Assembly: GCA_051748045.1 (NCBI GenBank)
Contig: JBNJGY010000032.1
Coordinates: 1,535 to 23,108, forward strand
Origin: Thermotogota bacterium
GTDB lineage: Bacteria; Thermotogota; Thermotogae; Petrotogales; Petrotogaceae
Length of the DNA: 21,574 nt
Reading direction: 5' to 3'
The notes below the pieces were generated by a model. The model worked only from the letters and a program-made list of their open reading frames with translations. It was not told where the DNA came from and ran no database searches. This document shows, piece by piece, positions 17,138 to 21,574 of this stretch (within the stretch, counting starts at the first letter, position 1; the number at the start of each line of letters is the position of its first letter). The translations under genes and the position numbers were made by a program.

Positions 17138-17728
17138 TTGGATACCAAATGTATTAGCTGTGAATCAAAAACTGAATATAACAAAATAGTTTGCGAAGAT
17201 TGCAAACGAGAAATAAAAAACCCCACAGTAACTGATGGGGTTTTTAATACATATCATATGACTTATTATGATGAAAAAATGAAAAAATTAATTAGAAAAT
17301 ATAAATATGGTAATTTTACAGTATTATCAAAAATATTTGCCTCATTATTGATGGAAATGATTATAACCAACAATATAAATCCCCTTGGATACAAGATAAC
17401 TTCTGTTCCTTCAAATTATATAAGTTATATAAACAGAGGATTTATTCCAGCCAGACTTATAGCAAAAGAATTTTCTAAAATTTCTGGTTTAGAATATATA
17501 GATCTTTTTAAATCATTGACGATAAAAAAACAAGCAAGTCTTGGACATCATGAAAGATCTGAAAATGTGTATAAAAAGATAAAATTAACAAAGTCAGTAC
17601 CTGAATATATTATAATTGTAGATGATGTCTATACAACAGGTGCGAGTATGAACGAATGTTATAGTTTGATAAACGGCCAAGTAAAAAATGCTTTTGGGAT
17701 GACTGTATCAAAGGCACATAGAGATTAA
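17138..17728 (+). CDS. comF: ComF family competence protein (zinc ribbon + PRTase domain)
   Basis: CISC...CEDC, LIRKYKY, VP...RGF, QASL...ER..N, IIIVDDVYTTGASM. The start may be ATA 17111 (see findings). Confidence 0.9.
   Translation: MDTKCISCESKTEYNKIVCEDCKREIKNPTVTDGVFNTYHMTYYDEKMKKLIRKYKYGNFTVLSKIFASLLMEMIITNNINPLGYKITSVPSNYISYINRGFIPARLIAKEFSKISGLEYIDLFKSLTIKKQASLGHHERSENVYKKIKLTKSVPEYIIIVDDVYTTGASMNECYSLINGQVKNAFGMTVSKAHRD
17216..17245. terminator. Terminator-like hairpin inside comF
   Basis: AAAAACCCCA-CAG-TAA-CTG-A-TGGGGTTTTT. Confidence 0.45.
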
Positions 17729-17730
17729 GT

Positions 17731-17783
17731 AGAAATCAGAGATTTCTGTTGGAAGATGTATCTTGGAGGATAGAAGTAAAAAT
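17731..17783 (+). repeat. Short hairpin plus GGAAGAT-type heptamer tract
   Basis: AGAAATC-AGA-GATTTCT, then GGAAGAT GTATCTT GGAGGAT AGAAGTA. A related copy lies at 2798-2825 on the minus strand. Confidence 0.55.
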
Positions 17784-17806
17784 CATTGTTAAAAAGCTAT
17801 AAATTC

Positions 17807-17847
17807 TGTCATTTCGACTAAGATGCGTAGCATCGCATGGAGAAATC
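17807..17847 (+). repeat. GTCATT-type REP-like palindromic element
   Basis: TGTCATTTCGAC...GATGC-GTA-GCATC...GGAGAAATC, with ATTTC/GAAAT arms around an internal hairpin. Confidence 0.55.
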
Positions 17848-17854
17848 CAATTAG

Positions 17855-17926
17855 CAAATTTCACTCTGTGAAATTTGATTCTCCTCTAAATGTTTTAGAG
17901 GAGTTCCTGTGAAACAGGGGAGGAGT
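17855..17926 (+). repeat. Cluster of three hairpins (REP-like element)
   Basis: CAAATTTCAC-TCT-GTGAAATTTG; CTCCTCTAAA-TGT-TTTAGAGGAG; TTCCTGT-GAA-ACAGGGG followed by AGGAGT. Confidence 0.6.
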
Positions 17927-17962
17927 TTAGGCTTTTAAATAATTTTTTTATTAAATCTTTTA

Positions 17963-18169
17963 AAATAATAAATAAAAAACCTCACTAGATCTAATTATAG
18001 AAAAAATAATATCTTCAATCATTTGAAAATACTAAAAATTGCAAACTCGCAAAGAACAGCTCAGACATACAATTTTTTTAACGTATTTTACGCGGGTACC
18101 CACAAGGGACACCCCTACATATATTTTGTACTATAATTCTCAATAGTTCGTTATTTTTATTTATTATTT
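17963..18169. mobile_element. MITE-like element with imperfect terminal inverted repeats
   Basis: Perfect 16-bp IR at 17963-17978/18154-18169, continued inward by ACTA/TAGT and AATTATAG/CTATAATT. Inner stems AAAATAC/GTATTTT and AAAAATTG/CAATTTTT enclose AAACTCGC...GCTCAGACA. No clear target duplication. Confidence 0.5.
18094..18119 (-). repeat. GTAG-family REP sequence
   Basis: The minus strand reads TGTAG-GGGTGTCC-CTTGT-GGGTACCC: a GTAG tetranucleotide abutting a GC-rich imperfect hairpin. Confidence 0.75.
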
Positions 18170-18183
18170 GTACTTATAAAACA

Positions 18184-18289
18184 AAAAACCAACAACCAAT
18201 TCGCTAATTTGCCAAAAAGCAAAATTGCAAATATGAACTTAACAACCAACAAACAACAGAAACCGCAAAGTGGTTTCTAAAAAACAACC
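18184..18289 (+). repeat. AACAACC heptamer repeats interleaved with hairpins
   Basis: Exact AACAACC at 18191, 18241 and 18283, with variants AAAAACC and AACAAAC; hairpin AGAAACCGC-AAA-GTGGTTTCT (18258-18278). Confidence 0.65.
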
Positions 18290-18342
18290 AAAATGTGGAT
18301 TAATTTATAATACGATATAGTTAATCAATCGGAGGTGCTAAG

Positions 18343-19695
18343 ATGATTAAAAGAAGTCATGATTTAGTTATTTTAGGTGGTGTAGCAGCAGGAACTTCTG
18401 CAGCAGCTACAGCTATCAGAGAAAAAAAAGAAAAAGACGTAGCAATTTATCAAAAAGAACCTTTTATTTCTTACGGAGGATGCGGTCTTCCTTATGTGAT
18501 AACTGGAGATGTGGAAAATGTTGATGATGTTATAGCTTTTTCACCTGAAAAATTTGAAGAAAAAAAAGGAGCAAAAGTTTATATAGAGCATGAAGCATGT
18601 AATGTAGATTTTGAAAATAAAAAAGTTCTTGTAAAAAATTCTGAAGAAGAGTTAGAAGTATCATATGATAAATTAATAATAACAACAGGAGCTTCTCCTA
18701 TTATGCCAGGATTCGACGCAATTAATGAAGATGGAGTTTTCAAAATGAGAAACCCTAATGATGATAAAGCTATCCTATCTTTCATTGAAAAAAATACTCC
18801 TAAAAATGCGGTTGTTATTGGTGGTGGGTTTATAGGTGTTGAAATAACAGAAGGTCTTTTAGAAAGAGGATTAAATGTGGATCTTGTTGAGGGGTTAGAT
18901 TCTTTGATGGGGGATATGGAACCTGAATTACACGAAGATTTAATAGAAAAAATTAAATTTGAAAATGTAAATATTAAACTAAATAGTATGGTTGAAAATA
19001 TTGTAAAAAAAGAAAAAGGCTTTGAAGTAAAAACAAAAAATGAAATTATAAAAACAGATATGGTAATAGTTGCAATAGGAGTTAAACCTAACACTCAATT
19101 TTTAAAAGATTCTGGGATAGATATGCTAAAAAATGGAGCTATAATCATAAATGAAAAAAGTGAAACTAATATAAAAGATGTATATTCAGGGGGAGATTGT
19201 GCTTCAGTAAAACATTTAATAACAAAAAAAGATACATATTTCCCACTTGGAACAACAGCTAATAAACAAGGGAAAATAGCTGGTAAAAATGTGTTCTCTT
19301 CAGATAATGATGAATTCAAAGGAATAATTGGTTCTTTCATAACAAAATTTAAAGACTTAGAATACACAAGAACTGGTTTGTCTTTAAATTCTGCAAAAGA
19401 AAATGGTTTTGATGCTGATTTTGTTGTAATAAAATCAAGAAGTAGAGCTGGATATTATAATGGTGGCGGCAGAATCAAAATGAAATTGATTTTTGAGAAA
19501 AATACAGGTAAAATTCTAGGGGCTCATTATATAGGGAAAGAGGTTCACTCTAGAGTTAACACAATGGTTTCTCTGATATATAAAAATTCAACAATTTTTG
19601 ACTTATTGAATATGGATTTACCATATGCTCCTCCTTTTTCACCAGTTTGGGATATAAATTTAATCGCAGCTTCACAAGCAATAAAAAAAATATAA
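18343..19695 (+). CDS. CoA-disulfide reductase / NADH oxidase family flavoprotein
   Basis: GGVAAGTSAA FAD motif, single redox Cys in SYGGCGLPY, GGGFIGVE NAD motif, GDC, ANKQG, C-terminal YAPPFSPVWD; SD GGAGGT at 18331-18336. Confidence 0.93.
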   Translation: MIKRSHDLVILGGVAAGTSAAATAIREKKEKDVAIYQKEPFISYGGCGLPYVITGDVENVDDVIAFSPEKFEEKKGAKVYIEHEACNVDFENKKVLVKNSEEELEVSYDKLIITTGASPIMPGFDAINEDGVFKMRNPNDDKAILSFIEKNTPKNAVVIGGGFIGVEITEGLLERGLNVDLVEGLDSLMGDMEPELHEDLIEKIKFENVNIKLNSMVENIVKKEKGFEVKTKNEIIKTDMVIVAIGVKPNTQFLKDSGIDMLKNGAIIINEKSETNIKDVYSGGDCASVKHLITKKDTYFPLGTTANKQGKIAGKNVFSSDNDEFKGIIGSFITKFKDLEYTRTGLSLNSAKENGFDADFVVIKSRSRAGYYNGGGRIKMKLIFEKNTGKILGAHYIGKEVHSRVNTMVSLIYKNSTIFDLLNMDLPYAPPFSPVWDINLIAASQAIKKI

Positions 19696-19731
19696 AAAGC
19701 CTTTAAATAAGGATTTTTTTAATGGTATAAT
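19694..19731 (+). promoter_or_regulatory. Weak terminator-like hairpin overlapping an extended -10 promoter
   Basis: AAAAAGCCTT-TAAAT-AAGGATTTTTTT (one mismatch); TGGTATAAT at 19723-19731 matches TGnTATAAT. Confidence 0.55.
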
Positions 19732-19762
19732 ATATGTAGTAGAATATGTAGGGGTGAATAAA

Positions 19763-21466
19763 GTGAAAAATAAAATTGGATTTTTTCTTTTTTTACTTTT
19801 GATAATTTCGGGCTTATCAGAAGTGATATTTTTAAATAACGGAAAAATCATAGAAGGAAGTTTAGAAAAGATCAATAATGGAATAGTTATAGTAGAGGTT
19901 GATGATTACAGTCATATGTTTCCATCAAGTTCAATTACTTATGTTTTCTTCAGTGAAAATTATGATTTTAAAAATGGTTTTTATTTGAAAAATGATATAG
20001 TCATAAAAGCAGAAATACCTTTAGTTGGTATAGAAGAAGATAATTTAATCTTTCAAAATGGTAATTCTAAAATGGTCTTAAATAAAAAAAATATTCTACA
20101 ATTCTCTTTTAACAATCATTATGAAAAAACAAATATAAAAATAAAAGATACTTTAATTGATTTTAAACAGTTTGAATCAAAAAATAATAATGAACATACA
20201 GTTATAACTAAAAATGGTGAAGTGAAATTGAATTTTAATGATTTATCAAAATTTGAAAAAGATAATAAAGATTTTATTTTAAATAAGAACGATAATGTTA
20301 TTTTTTGTGAAAATTTAACTATAACAAAGAAAGGATTAAAACCTTTTATTGAAGATGATTATTATATTAAAGATTTTAATTCTTTATCTTTATTAAACCA
20401 AGAATTAGAAGCTAAATACAATGAAAATAATGAAATTTATACTTTGGTTACTAAAAACAAAAGTTTAAGTTCAAAAGTTATTGATTATTTTGATGGTTAC
20501 ATAAAAATGAATGGTGAAAAAGTAGAAAAAGAAGAAATAAAAAGTATAAACAAGAATTTATTATATGTGAGAAATATGGATTTTTTTACATCAGGGGAAA
20601 ATGGGGAAAAATATTATTTGTTAGATAATAACAATAAACTGAGTATTTTGTCAGAAAATGGTACAGTTTTAAAATCAAAACTAATAAAAGATTATATAAA
20701 AACTCATTCAATATACCTTATAAAAGGAAACGAAAAATTTATTTTTTTAAGAAATGAGAGAACTTTATATATTTTTGATGCTAAGACTTTGGAATTAGTC
20801 AAAAAACATGAATTTTCATATCAATTTTCTTATGATTTATCTGAGAAATATATTATCATTTATAGTTCTTTTAGTCCTGATGTATATGTATATAGTGCCA
20901 AGGATTTATCTTTGTTAAAAGAATATAATTTGAATATAAATGTAAAAGATACTGCACATTATAATAATGAAGGTTATATAATTTATTCTACATATTTGTA
21001 TAAATATATAGATGATAAATTTAGAATAATAGAAGATTTAAAAGATAAGATATACAATTTAAACATAATAAATGAAAAATTATACTTATTAGCTTATGAA
21101 CATGTCTATGTTTATGAAACTGGAGATATAAAAAAGATAAAGACTGAACCTATATATAGATACAAACATGATGGAAAATCTTTATTCGTTAGTTCAAGGA
21201 ATAAAATTTTTGCAATACAAAATGATGAAATAAAATGGGAGATTAATTTTGGTGAAAAAACCACAAAATCTTCTATAGTTTTAAATGGTGATTATATATA
21301 TACAATATATGGTGATGTTTTATATAAAATTAGTAAAAAAGGTGAATATGAAATACTTTATACAGGAATATTAGATAATTCTTTTCATAATATACATCTG
21401 ATCAAAAATAAATACCTTTTAATATCTTGTGAAGATAAAGTGATTCAATTGATGATCCCTGAGTAA
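19763..21466 (+). CDS. Exported protein with tandem small beta-domains and a C-terminal PQQ-like beta-propeller
   Basis: GTG 19763 follows AGGGGTG (19750-19756). Signal peptide; EVIFLNNGKIIEGSL-type module; propeller-like blades such as LFVSSRNKIFAIQNDEIKWEINF. Confidence 0.6.
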   Translation: MKNKIGFFLFLLLIISGLSEVIFLNNGKIIEGSLEKINNGIVIVEVDDYSHMFPSSSITYVFFSENYDFKNGFYLKNDIVIKAEIPLVGIEEDNLIFQNGNSKMVLNKKNILQFSFNNHYEKTNIKIKDTLIDFKQFESKNNNEHTVITKNGEVKLNFNDLSKFEKDNKDFILNKNDNVIFCENLTITKKGLKPFIEDDYYIKDFNSLSLLNQELEAKYNENNEIYTLVTKNKSLSSKVIDYFDGYIKMNGEKVEKEEIKSINKNLLYVRNMDFFTSGENGEKYYLLDNNNKLSILSENGTVLKSKLIKDYIKTHSIYLIKGNEKFIFLRNERTLYIFDAKTLELVKKHEFSYQFSYDLSEKYIIIYSSFSPDVYVYSAKDLSLLKEYNLNINVKDTAHYNNEGYIIYSTYLYKYIDDKFRIIEDLKDKIYNLNIINEKLYLLAYEHVYVYETGDIKKIKTEPIYRYKHDGKSLFVSSRNKIFAIQNDEIKWEINFGEKTTKSSIVLNGDYIYTIYGDVLYKISKKGEYEILYTGILDNSFHNIHLIKNKYLLISCEDKVIQLMIPE

Positions 21467-21477
21467 GGAGTGAAGAA

Positions 21478-21574
21478 ATGTTTAATATAGCAGTTTTGAT
21501 AAATACAATAGCCGTCATTTTTGGCGGCTTTTTTGGAACGTTTATAGGGAATAAATTAACTGACAATATAAGGA
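21478..21574 (+). CDS. DUF554 family membrane protein, 3'-truncated (not in ORF track)
   Basis: SD AAGGAG at 21465-21470. MFNIAVLINTIAVIFGGFFGTFIGNKLTDNIR resembles the DUF554 N-terminus; the frame is open to the window end. Confidence 0.75.
   Translation, partial: MFNIAVLINTIAVIFGGFFGTFIGNKLTDNIR

Noticed and set aside
17729-18342. CRISPR array, tRNA or riboswitch in the long spacer
   Set aside because: No regularly spaced ~30-bp direct repeats, cloverleaf or recognisable aptamer motif; no cas genes in the window.
205-19875. Short antisense/overlapping ORFs in the track (e.g. 205-624, 2409-2687, 4567-4809, 7082-7336, 18579-19094)
   Set aside because: They lie opposite well-supported genes, show no recognisable motifs, and have shadow-frame composition.

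Overview
AT-rich bacterial chromosome segment, most likely Thermotogota (Petrotogales-like). This placement is inferred from the ACP, RemA, PyrG and RpoZ sequences and the many predicted outer-membrane ('toga') proteins. Gene order: 5'-truncated acidic exported protein + beta-barrel protein; acpP; pyrG; convergent rsmA/ksgA; a 3-gene envelope operon (tandem Ig/chaperone-like protein, compact secretin, and secretin-N-domains fused to a BAM-type barrel); an ArlRS-like two-component pair; cysteine desulfurase; a long operon yicC-remA-gmk-rpoZ-hypothetical-type IV prepilin-HEAT protein-comF; a 614-bp non-coding spacer; CoA-disulfide reductase/NADH oxidase; an exported beta-propeller protein; and the start of a DUF554 gene. 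Three things stand out. (1) The chaperone-like/secretin/secretin-N-barrel operon has no ATPase, platform, usher or pilin gene, so it is a candidate undescribed outer-membrane assembly/export module. (2) The 17729-18342 spacer is a nested mosaic of several small palindromic/heptameric repeat types, including a GTAG REP inside a MITE-like inverted repeat, and one heptamer element recurs in the pyrG leader. (3) comF may start at an AUA codon and contains a terminator-like hairpin. All family assignments come from reading motifs by eye; no searches were run.
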